Shown: positions 1 through 10,213 of the stretch, piece by piece
How positions within the stretch are numbered: position 1 is the first letter of the stretch
How the letters are laid out: each line of letters starts with the position of its first letter
Source: an uncultured Verrucomicrobiae bacterium
GTDB lineage: Bacteria > Verrucomicrobiota > Verrucomicrobiia > Limisphaerales > Palsa-1400
Direction: 5' to 3'
NCBI GenBank assembly: GCA_963764165.1
Contig: CAVXRD010000002.1
Span: forward strand, 1,536,001-1,600,000
DNA length: 64,000 nt
Program-made: the position numbers and the translations under genes
Notes under the pieces: generated by a model
Database searches by the model: none
What the model was told of the DNA's origin: nothing
The model's input: only the letters and a program-made list of their open reading frames with translations

Positions 1-14
1 TCCCGAGATTCGTA

Positions 15-1223
15 TTGACGCGGCTGCGGCAGGAAGATGGCGCGAAATACTTCGGGCCGTTCGCGCACTCGGCTTCCGCGCGCCACACGCTGACGCTGGC
101 GCGGCGGAAATTCAATCTGCGCGGCTGCCGCCCCTTCACGCCGAACGCGGATGATTACAAACATTGCCTCTACGGCCATTTGAAATACTGCACCGCGCCG
201 TGCATCGGGAACATCGCGCTGGAGGATTATCGCCGCCAGGTTTCCGCCGCCTGCGATTTCCTGGACGGCCAGACAGGCGAAATGGAGAAAGACCTGGAAG
301 ATCAAATGAAAAAGGCGGCGCAAGCCGAGGACTTCGAGAAGGCCGCGCAATTCCGCGATGCGCTGGGGGACCTCCGCCGCACCACTCAGAAGACGAAGAA
401 ATTCCCGCGCCTTCCCTACACGCTCCCATTGTCCATTGACCCGGCGAAAGATTTGGCGGAACTCGCCAAGATCCTCGAATTGCCCGCGCCGCCCATGCGC
501 ATCGAGGGATTCGATATTTCCAACATCAGCGGAACTTTCGCCGTGGCGTCGATGGTCAGCTTTCGCGACGGTAAGCCGGATCGCTCGAATTACCGCCGCT
601 TCCGCATGAAAACGGTGGTGGGGCAGGATGATTTTGCGTGCATGGCGGAAACGGTGCGCCGGCGCTACACCCGCGTTTCGCGCGAATCACCGGAATCGCT
701 GCCGGGATTAATTCTTATTGACGGTGGCAAGGGCCAGCTAAATGCCGCCGTGGCTGAACTGACACAGTTAAATCTTGCGCACATTCCCATTATTGGATTG
801 GCAAAGGAATTTGAGGAAATCTACCGTCCCGGCCTTCCCGAACCGCTGCGATTAAGCCACGAACTTGGCGCTCTCAAACTATTGCAGCGTGTGCGCGACG
901 AATCCCATCGTTTCGCCAACACTTACAACGCGCAGCTTCGATTGAAGAAAATTTCGGAAAGCATCCTGGATGAATTTCCAGGCATCGGCCACCAGCGGAA
1001 AACGGCTCTCCTGAAAAAGTTCGGTTCCATCCAGCGATTGCGCATGGCTGCGCTGGAGGACATCGCCACCGTGCCGGGCTTCGGAGGGAAGGCGGCGCAG
1101 GAGTTGAAGAATTTTCTGGAAGCGCGGACGGCCATTCCGGCGAAACCGATCGAAGCCGAAGCCGAAAAACTGGACGAGGATGCCGACACTTTTTTGGACA
1201 ACAACACGGGCGAAGCCAGGTAG
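15..1223 (+). CDS. uvrC: Excinuclease ABC subunit C (5' part lies outside the window)
   Basis: YFGPF, CxAPC, UVR-domain FEKAAQFRD, RIEGFDISN, LIDGGKGQL, RDESHRFA and C-terminal HhH motifs. Confidence 0.95.
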   Translation: MTRLRQEDGAKYFGPFAHSASARHTLTLARRKFNLRGCRPFTPNADDYKHCLYGHLKYCTAPCIGNIALEDYRRQVSAACDFLDGQTGEMEKDLEDQMKKAAQAEDFEKAAQFRDALGDLRRTTQKTKKFPRLPYTLPLSIDPAKDLAELAKILELPAPPMRIEGFDISNISGTFAVASMVSFRDGKPDRSNYRRFRMKTVVGQDDFACMAETVRRRYTRVSRESPESLPGLILIDGGKGQLNAAVAELTQLNLAHIPIIGLAKEFEEIYRPGLPEPLRLSHELGALKLLQRVRDESHRFANTYNAQLRLKKISESILDEFPGIGHQRKTALLKKFGSIQRLRMAALEDIATVPGFGGKAAQELKNFLEARTAIPAKPIEAEAEKLDEDADTFLDNNTGEAR

Positions 1224-1320
1224 GGACGCCTCGCCGAGGCGTCCGGTTGCGTGTGGAAATGTTCGCGGCTCGCGTCGGTATCACGCCTCACCCCGGACGC
1301 CTCGGCGAGGCGTCCCCACC
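1219..1320. repeat. GTAG-type REP doublet (REPIN-like)
   Basis: GGTAGGGACGCCTCGCCGAGGCGTCC plus an inverted copy; same family at 5210 and 35667. Confidence 0.85.
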
Positions 1321-2009
1321 TGGCGGGCGTAGCGCAGGAAAAGCAAATCCCCGCTCCGTTTCATCGAGATCATTTCGAGGCGCGCCGCTTGCGCTAACTT
1401 CGCCACGCCAGCGCCATCCGCCAGCGTGGGAGCGTCGCGACCGCCAAAGATCAGCGGGCAGAGTGTCACGTGAACTTCATCAACCAATCCCGCTTCAAAC
1501 AGCGCGCCGTTGACCTTGCCGCCGCCTTCGCACAGCAGGCGTTTGACGTTCCATTGCGCGCGAAGCCATTTCAGCGCGGCGGCAAAATCGATTTCCGTTT
1601 TGCCGAAAACCCTGACTTCATCCGCCACCGCTTGCAACCGAAGCAAGTTTCGTTTCGCGGCGCGCCCGCTTGTCAAAATAATAATCGGCGAGAAGCGATG
1701 GCGGAAGACTTCCGCCTCGGGATCCAGCGTCCCAGCGCCGCTGACGATGACGCGCAGGTTGTATTCGGCCAGCCCGTTGCGCAACCGCTTGCGGCGGTAT
1801 CTGGCGGGGCCGGGGCCCATGTTGATCTTATCGAGATCAACCGTGCGGGCGCCGGACATGACGGCATCGGCGGAAGCGCGGAGATCGAGCAGCAGTGCGC
1901 GATCTTTGAGACCGCCGAACGGCTCGAATTTCCGGGTGGCCGGGGAAATCTTCCCGTCGGCCGTCATTGCGGCATTGAGATAAACGAAGGGCAGTTCGCG
2001 GCGGTTCAT
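1281..2009 (-). CDS. RibD C-terminal/dihydrofolate-reductase-like protein
   Basis: PFVYLNAAMTADGKI, LRASADAVMSGARTV, LLCEGGG; start ATG overlaps the upstream stop (ATGA). Confidence 0.85.
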   Translation of the reverse strand: MNRRELPFVYLNAAMTADGKISPATRKFEPFGGLKDRALLLDLRASADAVMSGARTVDLDKINMGPGPARYRRKRLRNGLAEYNLRVIVSGAGTLDPEAEVFRHRFSPIIILTSGRAAKRNLLRLQAVADEVRVFGKTEIDFAAALKWLRAQWNVKRLLCEGGGKVNGALFEAGLVDEVHVTLCPLIFGGRDAPTLADGAGVAKLAQAARLEMISMKRSGDLLFLRYARQVGTPRRGVRGEA

Positions 2010-3331
2010 GCGGCCGCGGGCTTTGCGCCGCCAGCCCAAACAGGCGGGTTCTTGAGATGATAAAGCATCTCGCCCGCTTTCGGGACGAGCAAAATTCCTT
2101 TGTCTTCGCGATTGGCAAATTCTTCTGGACGGAGGCTGCGTGGATCGCGGTAGCCGAGATTGATTTTGCGGCAAACTTCCTCGGAAATTCCGGTCGCGAG
2201 CGTGACGCGCGCGCGCGGCGTTTCGATGCCGCTTTCGTATGTCCCGACACCGTAGACGTGCGTGCTGTGCGCCAGCACTCCCCACTGGTAATGCTGAAAG
2301 CGGTCCCACTGTTTGAGGAAATAATCGCGGCAATGATAGCCGATCTCCAGCAGAGCCGCGCCGTGGCTCACGCAAACCTCGGCGATATGCGGCGCGTAAA
2401 TAATAAGTTCGCCGCCATCGGCCAGCACAGGCTCCAATTTGTACATGCACTTTCCGCCCGTCCAAAGTTCGTCGTACATCTCGGGCGCGCAAGACAGAAT
2501 CGTGTGAAAGGCGTGGTCCTTATAAGTGACGTGCAACGCGCGAGAGAGTTCGCTGGCCGCGTCCCACGCCGCCTCCGGCGAACCCGCGTAAATCCCAGCC
2601 ATCCCGTGTCCCTCCGTAACGAGGCAAAAACAAAGTTTTGGAGTCGCCACCATCGCGCCTGCGTGATCAACGACCCGCCGCACCGGCGTCCATTTATTGC
2701 CGATGATCATGGGATTGGTGACGACTGCGCCGAGCCAGTGGAAAAAATTCAAAATGCGCGGCCCGCTCACGCCGGGAAAAAGATATTTGTTCCCGCCGGA
2801 AAAACCGACCACCTCATGCGGAAAAACCGGGCCGGCAATAATAATCTGGTCATACTCGAACACGAGGCGATTGACTTCCACCGGCACGTCCATCGCGAAA
2901 AGCCCGCCTGTCAAATATCCAATCTCGGCGGCGGAAATGTTTCCGATTTCCCGCAGGGCTTCGGGTTTGTCCCAGGCGTGATTGTGGAACGCCACGTCGC
3001 GAAAAGTTGTGCCGCGTTCGTCTTCGGAAATTTCCAGGCGGCGGCAAATGGCCGCTTCGCTCATCGGCTGGTGCGTGCCGAGCGCGATCATGACATCCAA
3101 TTTGCTGACCGCGCCCGCCAAGTGCGCATGCACCGCCTTGAAAACGACGCCAATGGGCGCGCTGCGCGTGTTGTCGGGGACGATCATCAGCACGCGCTTG
3201 TTTCGATACTCGTCGCGAAGACATGAAATCGCCACCACGTCAGCCACCTGGGCGTCCGCGACCTGCCGGTTTTCCGGCTCGCATATCGCCAGCAAGGCAT
3301 GGGCGCTCTTCGTGTTCATCTCACCTATCAA
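2006..3331 (-). CDS. LarA-family (lactate racemase-like) protein
   Basis: IVPDNTRS, IALGTHQPM, PHEVVGFSGGNKYLFPGV motifs. Confidence 0.85.
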   Translation of the reverse strand: MIGEMNTKSAHALLAICEPENRQVADAQVADVVAISCLRDEYRNKRVLMIVPDNTRSAPIGVVFKAVHAHLAGAVSKLDVMIALGTHQPMSEAAICRRLEISEDERGTTFRDVAFHNHAWDKPEALREIGNISAAEIGYLTGGLFAMDVPVEVNRLVFEYDQIIIAGPVFPHEVVGFSGGNKYLFPGVSGPRILNFFHWLGAVVTNPMIIGNKWTPVRRVVDHAGAMVATPKLCFCLVTEGHGMAGIYAGSPEAAWDAASELSRALHVTYKDHAFHTILSCAPEMYDELWTGGKCMYKLEPVLADGGELIIYAPHIAEVCVSHGAALLEIGYHCRDYFLKQWDRFQHYQWGVLAHSTHVYGVGTYESGIETPRARVTLATGISEEVCRKINLGYRDPRSLRPEEFANREDKGILLVPKAGEMLYHLKNPPVWAGGAKPAAA

Positions 3332-3353
3332 TATAACGCCCGGCAGGCGGGAC

Positions 3354-4007
3354 TCAAACCGATTGAGCGCGGAACTTTTTTATGACGGCGACGTATTCGG
3401 CCGCCATCTTCGCCAGCTCATCCCATTTCTGTTCGCGCAAAATTCTTGGTGACACGAGGTTGCTGCCGACACCCAGGGCCGCGCAGCCCACCGCCAGAAA
3501 TTCCGGCGCAGTTTGCAGAGTCACGCCGCTTGTCGGCACAATTTTCAAATGCGGCAGCGGGTTGCGCAAGGCTCGGACGAAGTTTGGCCCTTCGACCGGA
3601 AATAATTTCACCAAATCCGCCCCCGCTTCGTAAGCGACTTGCGCTTCAGTGGGCGTGAATGCGCCCATCACCATCGCGCATCCGCCCGCCTTCGCCACGG
3701 GCACAATCTCGGGGCGCGTGATCGGCGTCACGATAAATTGAGCGCCTGCGTCAATTGTGGCCTGGCACATTTGCGGCGTGATCACCGAGCCGGCGCCCGT
3801 AATGGCCACCGAGGCAAAGCGCTTCGAGGCCTCGCGAATGCAGTCGAGCGCGTTCGGCGTCGTCATGGTGATTTCCAAGGCGGTGATGCCGCCCGCGACC
3901 AGCGCTTCGCAAACGGCCATGATATGTTCGGAACTGTCGGCGCGAATGACGGGAATGATTCCCGGATTCAACAGGCGGGCGAGATTGGAATCGTGAGTGG
4001 TCACCAA
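3354..4007 (-). CDS. eda: KDPG/KHG aldolase
   Basis: IIPVIR, LEITMTTP, GAGSV, TPTEA, VKLFP, PTSGV. Confidence 0.9.
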   Translation of the reverse strand: MVTTHDSNLARLLNPGIIPVIRADSSEHIMAVCEALVAGGITALEITMTTPNALDCIREASKRFASVAITGAGSVITPQMCQATIDAGAQFIVTPITRPEIVPVAKAGGCAMVMGAFTPTEAQVAYEAGADLVKLFPVEGPNFVRALRNPLPHLKIVPTSGVTLQTAPEFLAVGCAALGVGSNLVSPRILREQKWDELAKMAAEYVAVIKKFRAQSV

Positions 4008-4045
4008 AAAAGAATAGATTCACAACCGGGCGCGACAAGCCTAAT

Positions 4046-5908
4046 TTGCGGCCCGTGAATGTGAATGTGCCAAGTCCGCGCGTGTGCCGGTGCATCATCG
4101 TGCTGCTGGCCGTCCTCGCGTGGGGCGCAACTGTCAAATACAAGTTCGTATGGGACGATCAATCCTTCATCACCGACAATGCCGGCATCCGTTCGCTCAA
4201 GAACATTCCGGCGATGTTTTATTCCCGCATTGCCGAGGCATCCATCCCGACGGATTTTCCAAATTTCCGCCCTGTCCGCAACGTGGCTTACGCGCTGCTG
4301 TTTCAAGTGGGCGGCGGGCAAGTGCGAAATTGGATTTTTCACCTGGCGAACATAATTGGCCACGCGGGGGCAGCGTGGTTGTTATTTGAGGTTGCCGCGC
4401 TCCTGTTCGCGAGACTTGGCGAGACCGTGGGCCGCTGGGCCGCTTTGATGGTCGGCGGGGCATTTGCGATCAATCCGGCGGCATCCGAAGTCGTGTGCTG
4501 GGCAAAATCGCTGGACGACATTCTCGCCACGGTTTTCATTCTGGCGTCGATGCGGCAAATCATTTTGTGGCGCGGAGAAAAAGGACGGCTGGCCTTGGCG
4601 CTCGCGTTTTTTTTCCTTGCCTCCTATACCAAGGAGAATGCCGTCGCGTTCGCCGGGTTGGTTTTCTTCGTCTGGCGGTTCGTTCATAAATTAGAGTGGA
4701 AACGCTGCGCGGTAATGACGATGCCTTTCGCCGTGGTTGCAGTTATATATATGACAAACCGCCAGCTCGTGCTGGGGCAGGCGGCGCAATGCGCGCCCAT
4801 CTCGGGCAGCTATGGGCAGACGCTGATTGATACGCTGCCGGCGATCACGATTTATTTCCGGCTGCTGTGGGGAATCCCGCCGTTCCTCATTGATTACACC
4901 AACATGCACGGACACCTCGCCATTGTCTCCGGCAAGGTCCTTATGGGATTGTGCCTGCTGCTCGTTTGGGTGGCTGCGGTGTGGATGGCGTGGCGGCGCG
5001 AAAGGCTTTATCCCGCGCTGCTGGGGCTGTTATGGCTGGGATTTTTCCTGCTGCCGGTTTCCAACTTGATTCCGATGATGCAGTATCTCGCCGAGCGTTT
5101 TCTCTATTTGCCGATGGCGGGATGGCTGCTGGCGGTGGGGGCAGCAGCGGCAGAAGTGACAGCATGGTCCGTGAGGCGAGGCTCCAGTACCGCTGTTTCC
5201 AATGAAGATGGTAGGGACGCCTCGCCGAGGCGTCCGGTTGCGCGTGAAAACTTTTATGGGCCGCACTGTTCAACGACGCCTCACCCCGGACGCCTCGGCG
5301 AGGCGTCCCTACCTTCACAAGACAGTTCATTGGCAGCCTCGCCCTACCATAATTCTGGGATTCGCACGACCTTCGCCATTGCCGCTGTTTTCTTTGCGTT
5401 TTGGCTGTATGAATCTTGGGATCGCGAAACCATCTGGCATGATGAAGTGACTTTGTTTGTTCGCAGCAGCCTCGATAATCCGGGTCATGCGCGCTTGCGC
5501 GAAAATGCGCTGGCATCGATTTTCCGGCTGCCTTCGGTTCACTCCGATTTCGGGATTGATGACCGCACGCGCGAACTTGTGGCCGCGCCCTCCATCCCGC
5601 GCAACGAGGCGGAAGAGATGATTCCCACCCTTCGGCAAGGCCACGAATTGCTGCCGGACGAACCGCGCCTGACTTCGGCGCTTGGCATTGCCTACGCGAT
5701 GGCCGGGCAGATTTCCAATGCGGTGCCGTGTTTCGAGCTGGCCACCAGGCAATCGCCCAAGGAGGCGCGAAGCTGGATTGATTTGGGCTCGGCCTATTTT
5801 GTCGAAAAGAATTTCACGGGCGCGCGACAGGCATGGGGGACTGCCTTGCTATTGGAGCCGACGAACAAAATGGCGCAGGAACATCTTCGTGCGCTTGACA
5901 AGGAATGA
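4046..5908 (+). CDS. TMTC-like membrane glycosyltransferase with C-terminal TPRs; contains an in-frame REP insertion
   Basis: FVWDD, FRPV, EVVCW, TKE and AERFLYLP motifs, many TM segments, TPR tail. Confidence 0.8.
   Translation: MRPVNVNVPSPRVCRCIIVLLAVLAWGATVKYKFVWDDQSFITDNAGIRSLKNIPAMFYSRIAEASIPTDFPNFRPVRNVAYALLFQVGGGQVRNWIFHLANIIGHAGAAWLLFEVAALLFARLGETVGRWAALMVGGAFAINPAASEVVCWAKSLDDILATVFILASMRQIILWRGEKGRLALALAFFFLASYTKENAVAFAGLVFFVWRFVHKLEWKRCAVMTMPFAVVAVIYMTNRQLVLGQAAQCAPISGSYGQTLIDTLPAITIYFRLLWGIPPFLIDYTNMHGHLAIVSGKVLMGLCLLLVWVAAVWMAWRRERLYPALLGLLWLGFFLLPVSNLIPMMQYLAERFLYLPMAGWLLAVGAAAAEVTAWSVRRGSSTAVSNEDGRDASPRRPVARENFYGPHCSTTPHPGRLGEASLPSQDSSLAASPYHNSGIRTTFAIAAVFFAFWLYESWDRETIWHDEVTLFVRSSLDNPGHARLRENALASIFRLPSVHSDFGIDDRTRELVAAPSIPRNEAEEMIPTLRQGHELLPDEPRLTSALGIAYAMAGQISNAVPCFELATRQSPKEARSWIDLGSAYFVEKNFTGARQAWGTALLLEPTNKMAQEHLRALDKE
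5210..5348. repeat. 139-bp REPIN-like element inside a CDS
   Basis: Near-identical reverse-complement copy at 35667-35805. Confidence 0.85.
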
Positions 5909-6446
5909 GCGCCGCCAAAGATGGCCGCGGCATTCCATAAGCGTCAGCCTGACTTCCGTTGAGGCGGAAGTGGACCCGCCTCCGATTGCAAAAACCGAAC
6001 CGCCGCAGAAGGAGATGGCGTCAAGCTCAGCGCCTCCTCCCCCGGCTTCAATGCGCAAGCCCGCGGCGAGTCTTGCCACGACCCAGCGCAAACCCGTGCT
6101 TTCGGCAGTTCAGACCTCAACCGACAAAACACCCATTTTGGATCCCGCCGCCCGAAGGGCATTAAGCTTGGCAGGCAGCGATCCCGATGCGGAGATGTAT
6201 TGGTTGTCCGCTATCAACAATCCGGAGATCCCCGCTGAGGAGCAAAAAGATTTAATCGAGGATCTCAATGAATACGGCATCTCCGACCCGAAGAACCCCA
6301 GCCCGGATGACAGGCCGTTGACTTGGAGCCGAACCGAACTCATCGAAGAAATTGCTCTCGATGCCATGGACGGAATGAATGCCGCCGCCTTAGCGGAGGC
6401 CCACAAGGACCGCATGAATCTCGGTTGCGGCCTTCCACCTGATTGA
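5682..6446 (+). CDS. Hypothetical protein (true start uncertain, probably downstream of 5908)
   Basis: Pro/Ala-rich linker followed by a globular-looking C-terminus. Confidence 0.4.
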   Translation: MALPTRWPGRFPMRCRVSSWPPGNRPRRREAGLIWARPILSKRISRARDRHGGLPCYWSRRTKWRRNIFVRLTRNERRQRWPRHSISVSLTSVEAEVDPPPIAKTEPPQKEMASSSAPPPPASMRKPAASLATTQRKPVLSAVQTSTDKTPILDPAARRALSLAGSDPDAEMYWLSAINNPEIPAEEQKDLIEDLNEYGISDPKNPSPDDRPLTWSRTELIEEIALDAMDGMNAAALAEAHKDRMNLGCGLPPD

Positions 6447-6531
6447 GGCTGCGCAGGGGCGCCCTTGCGCCCATTATAAGTCCATTCCGTGCTTGAATAG
6501 TTCGCCATAGTGAGGCTAACTGGCAAGTAAC

Positions 6532-7494
6532 ATGAGGATAGCCGCAGCCTACTTGACGCTGTTCCTGCTGATGGTGTCCGCCCATGTGGTTAAGGCTAGC
6601 ATTGAGCCGATGACTGTCTACGGCAGCGACTACGTGCGCATTGCCGATTGGTGCCGGGCCAACGCCTGCACCATGAAGTGGGACAAATCCGACGAGATGG
6701 TGGAGGTCTCCGGCACGAATACCCGGGTCAATTTCACCATCGATTCGCGGCGCGCGCAAATCGCGGGCGTGACCGTCTGGATGTCGCTGCCCGTGATCAA
6801 TCGCGGCGGCGTGCCGATGGTGGCGCTGATGGACATTCGTTCGACACTGGCGCCATTGCTCGCCCCGAGAAAAACCACATCGCGCATCCAGACCATCTGC
6901 CTTGACCCCGGCCACGGCGGCCGGGACGGCGGCAAGGCCGAAGGCACCAATTTCGAAAAGAAATACACACTGCTCCTGGCCCAGGAAACGGCCTGCCTTC
7001 TCAAACAACAGGGATTCAAAGTGTTGTTGACCCGCACGAACGACCAGGCCGTGGAGCTGTGTGACAGGCCGCAAATAGCGTCTCGTCGCGGGGCCGATCT
7101 TTTCGTCAGTTTGCACTACAATTCCGCCGAACCCTCCGTGCATGGCGTGGAAGTTTTTTGCCTGACGCCGCCTGGCTCAAATTCCAGCGATGACGGCGGC
7201 GGAAAATCGAGCCGCCCGGCGGAAATGGGCAACCTTACGGATGATCACAACGTCCTGCTTGGCTACCAGGTTCAGCGGAGCATCACGCGCAACCTGCCGC
7301 TGGAGGATTTGGGGGTGAAGCGCTCGCGTTTCGAGGTGCTGCGGATGGCGCGCATCCCCGCCATTCTGGTTGAGGGCGGCTTCCTGTCAAATTCCGAGGA
7401 TGCCAGAAATATAAGCGACACGGAATTTCGCAAAAAGATGGCGCGCGCAATTGTGGACGGCATCATCGCCTACCGTGCCGCCGTGACAAATTAA
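6532..7494 (+). CDS. N-acetylmuramoyl-L-alanine amidase (Amidase_3)
   Basis: Signal peptide, ICLDPGHGG, FVSLHYN, PAILVEGGFLSN. Confidence 0.92.
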   Translation: MRIAAAYLTLFLLMVSAHVVKASIEPMTVYGSDYVRIADWCRANACTMKWDKSDEMVEVSGTNTRVNFTIDSRRAQIAGVTVWMSLPVINRGGVPMVALMDIRSTLAPLLAPRKTTSRIQTICLDPGHGGRDGGKAEGTNFEKKYTLLLAQETACLLKQQGFKVLLTRTNDQAVELCDRPQIASRRGADLFVSLHYNSAEPSVHGVEVFCLTPPGSNSSDDGGGKSSRPAEMGNLTDDHNVLLGYQVQRSITRNLPLEDLGVKRSRFEVLRMARIPAILVEGGFLSNSEDARNISDTEFRKKMARAIVDGIIAYRAAVTN

Positions 7495-8027
7495 TGAGCA
7501 TCGCAACCAAGACAGGCGACGGTGGCGCCACCGGCCTGATGTATAACCGCCGCGTCTCCAAATGCCATCCGCGTGTCGAAGCCTACGGCTCAGTGGATGA
7601 ATTGAACGCCGCCATCGGTATGGCTCGCGCCTCCACCACGGACCCGGCCCAAAATTCCCGGCTGGAGGGCATTCAGAAGGACCTCGTCATCCTCATGGGA
7701 GAATTGGCCACGAAGGCCGAGGATTTGCCGCGCTACGTGAAGGATGGATTTTCCGTCGTGACGAGTGAACTGACGGCGAAGATCGACATCATTGTGCGCG
7801 AGATCGAGGCCCAGAATATTTCCTTCAAAGGCTGGGCCACCCCCGGCGCAAACATGGCCTCCGCCGCGCTCGATGTGGCCCGCACCACCTGCCGACGGGC
7901 GGAGCGCCGGGTCTGCGCGCTTCAGGAAGCCAGCCAGCTTGAGAACAGCGAAATTATTATTTACTTGAACCGGCTCTCCGACGCGCTGTGGCTGATGGCG
8001 AGGCAGGCTGAAAAATTAAATGATTAA
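7494..8027 (+). CDS. PduO-type cob(I)alamin adenosyltransferase
   Basis: IATKTGDGG, AYGSVDELNA, RTTCRRAER, YLNRLSD. Confidence 0.92.
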   Translation: MSIATKTGDGGATGLMYNRRVSKCHPRVEAYGSVDELNAAIGMARASTTDPAQNSRLEGIQKDLVILMGELATKAEDLPRYVKDGFSVVTSELTAKIDIIVREIEAQNISFKGWATPGANMASAALDVARTTCRRAERRVCALQEASQLENSEIIIYLNRLSDALWLMARQAEKLND

Positions 8028-9062
8028 CATCGCATCGCCGTAGCTGAAAAAGCGGTAACGCAGCGCGACAGCTTCCTTGTAGGCGCGCAAAATTCGCTCG
8101 CGCCCCTCCATCCCGCCTGGCGCGGCAAACGCGGAGACGAGCATCAGCAGTGTCGAGCGCGGCAGGTGAAAATTCGTCACCAGCGCATCCACTGTCTTGA
8201 ATTTGCATGGCGGATGGATAAAAATTCTCGTGCGGCCCGCGCCCGGCTGCATCGTGCTTTCCAAGACGCGCAGCGAGGTCGTCCCGCCTGCGAAAACGCG
8301 TCGGCCATTTCGTTTGGCTTCCGCAACCGCGCCGGCTGTTTCCTCGCTTAGAACGAAGCGCTCTTCGTGCATGACGTGGTCTTCAATGTTGTCCGCCTTC
8401 ACCGGCGCGAACGTGCCAAGGCCAACGTGCAGCGTGACGAAACAAACGCGAACTCCGCGCTCGCGAATCCTTCCCAGCAACTCCTCCGTGAAATGCAGAC
8501 CCGCCGTGGGAGCAGCGACAGAACCCGCCGCGCGCGCGTAAACGGTCTGATAGCGCTCCCGATCCGCGAATTCTTCGGCGGGCCGCTCGATGTAAGGCGG
8601 CAGGGGAATTTCGCCGAGACGATCAACTTCCTCCAAAATATCCCGCGGCCCCTCGAATTTCAGCTTGCGATGCCCCTGTCCGTTTACCTCCTCCACGGTG
8701 GCCTCGAATGCCGGACGTTTTGTTTTGTCAAGTATTTGGATTCTTCCTCCGGGTTTGGCGCGGCGGCCCGGGCGCATCATGGCCCACCAGTTGTTCGGCG
8801 CGGTTTCCTCCAGCAGCAGCACTTCATAATGTCCGCCGGTCGCGGGATTCTGGGCTCGCAGGCGGGCCGGGATGACTCGCGAATCGTTGAGAACCAGCAC
8901 ATCGCCGGGCGAAAAGTATTCGAGCAAATCCGCAAAGCGCCGGTGCGCCAGCCCTTCCGCGCGGCGGTTGAACACGAGCAGCCGGGATTGGTCGCGCTGC
9001 GGTTCAGGCGTCTGCGCGATCAATTCGGGCGGCAGTTCGTAATCAAAATCAGCGGAGCGCAT
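8016..9062 (-). CDS. queA: S-adenosylmethionine:tRNA ribosyltransferase-isomerase
   Basis: FDYELPPELIAQ, AAPTAGLHF, TNFHLPRST, YRFFSYGDAM. Confidence 0.97.
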   Translation of the reverse strand: MRSADFDYELPPELIAQTPEPQRDQSRLLVFNRRAEGLAHRRFADLLEYFSPGDVLVLNDSRVIPARLRAQNPATGGHYEVLLLEETAPNNWWAMMRPGRRAKPGGRIQILDKTKRPAFEATVEEVNGQGHRKLKFEGPRDILEEVDRLGEIPLPPYIERPAEEFADRERYQTVYARAAGSVAAPTAGLHFTEELLGRIRERGVRVCFVTLHVGLGTFAPVKADNIEDHVMHEERFVLSEETAGAVAEAKRNGRRVFAGGTTSLRVLESTMQPGAGRTRIFIHPPCKFKTVDALVTNFHLPRSTLLMLVSAFAAPGGMEGRERILRAYKEAVALRYRFFSYGDAMLII

Positions 9063-9148
9063 CGAAGAGGACGTTTATAGCTCTATTCGTTCTATTCGTC
9101 CTATAAAAATTTGCCGAAGACCCGCGGCGCTGGCTCGCTGCAGTGCCC

Positions 9149-10078
9149 TCAGTGGGAGGTTTGCGCCTTGTGATACGTCAGGTTGATCGACCACCAGCAT
9201 TCCTGGAGATCGCAACGGATGGCATTGGCGTTGAGCAGTTCAACGTGGCTGTCGGCGAAAGCGTAATTGGCCTTGTTGTCATGGCGCTGGCAGCCGTATT
9301 GGCCCTCTTGCAAGCGGTTGAAGCCCGGCAAATCCTCCGAGCCCGCGCTGCCGGTGTTGCTGTTCTTGATCCACCAACTGTCGTCGGCCCAATTGCCAGG
9401 CTTCCCGCAGCCGCCATCGCCGTACCAGATCAGTTTGCTTGCGGTGGAAATCTCGGTGGAGCGATGCAGGCCCTCATAATAATCCGGCGTCGGGCGGCCG
9501 AACGGCATGCTGGCGGTTTGCGCGGAGGGATTCGGGTTTCCGTCCACATGAATCCAGTGCGCGCCCGCGACGCCGATGCCGCTCTGGTTCCATTTCTCAT
9601 AATCGCCACCGGCGGCGGACACCATGGGCCCGGCGACGCCAATGCCGGTCTGCGACCAATCCGTGCCCGGGCTCAGGGGAAAGCCGCCATAAGAGGCGTC
9701 GTAGGCGGAAATGCCGTCCGCGTAGACAGCCTCCCGTTCGGCCGGGCAATCGTAAATGTTTTTGCTGTGCGCGATGTATTCCCACAGAATCACCCGGTAG
9801 GTCGTTTCAACCCCGGTCGCGTCAATGGTGGTTTGGAGAGGATTGAGCCAATTGGCATTGTCGAGGGAGTAATTCATCGAGGCCACGGTCAACTCGCGCT
9901 GATTGGATTTGCAAACGGCCGTGCGGCCCGCCTCTTGGGCTTCTCCCAAAACCGGCAGCAGCAACGAGGCGAGAATGGCGATGATGGCGATGACGACGAG
10001 AAGCTCGATCAGAGTAAACCCCCGCATCGGCAAACGGAAAAGCAACGAACCCCTTCCTTTTGTGGGACTGGCCAACAC
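9149..10078 (-). CDS. Prepilin-type N-methylation domain protein with C-terminal H-x9-DG-like motif
   Basis: [39 protein letters not shown]. Confidence 0.85.
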   Translation of the reverse strand: MLASPTKGRGSLLFRLPMRGFTLIELLVVIAIIAILASLLLPVLGEAQEAGRTAVCKSNQRELTVASMNYSLDNANWLNPLQTTIDATGVETTYRVILWEYIAHSKNIYDCPAEREAVYADGISAYDASYGGFPLSPGTDWSQTGIGVAGPMVSAAGGDYEKWNQSGIGVAGAHWIHVDGNPNPSAQTASMPFGRPTPDYYEGLHRSTEISTASKLIWYGDGGCGKPGNWADDSWWIKNSNTGSAGSEDLPGFNRLQEGQYGCQRHDNKANYAFADSHVELLNANAIRCDLQECWWSINLTYHKAQTSH

Positions 10079-10213
10079 ATGCGCATGCTGGCATAATCCG
10101 TTTGTTTGTCAACGGCGCAACGGCAAGCGCCCGACTGGGTCGTGTTACTCCCATTATTCCCGTCAGCCCTATCTTAATGCCGGGAATGGGAATAATAGGA
10201 TGTGTAGGCTGGC

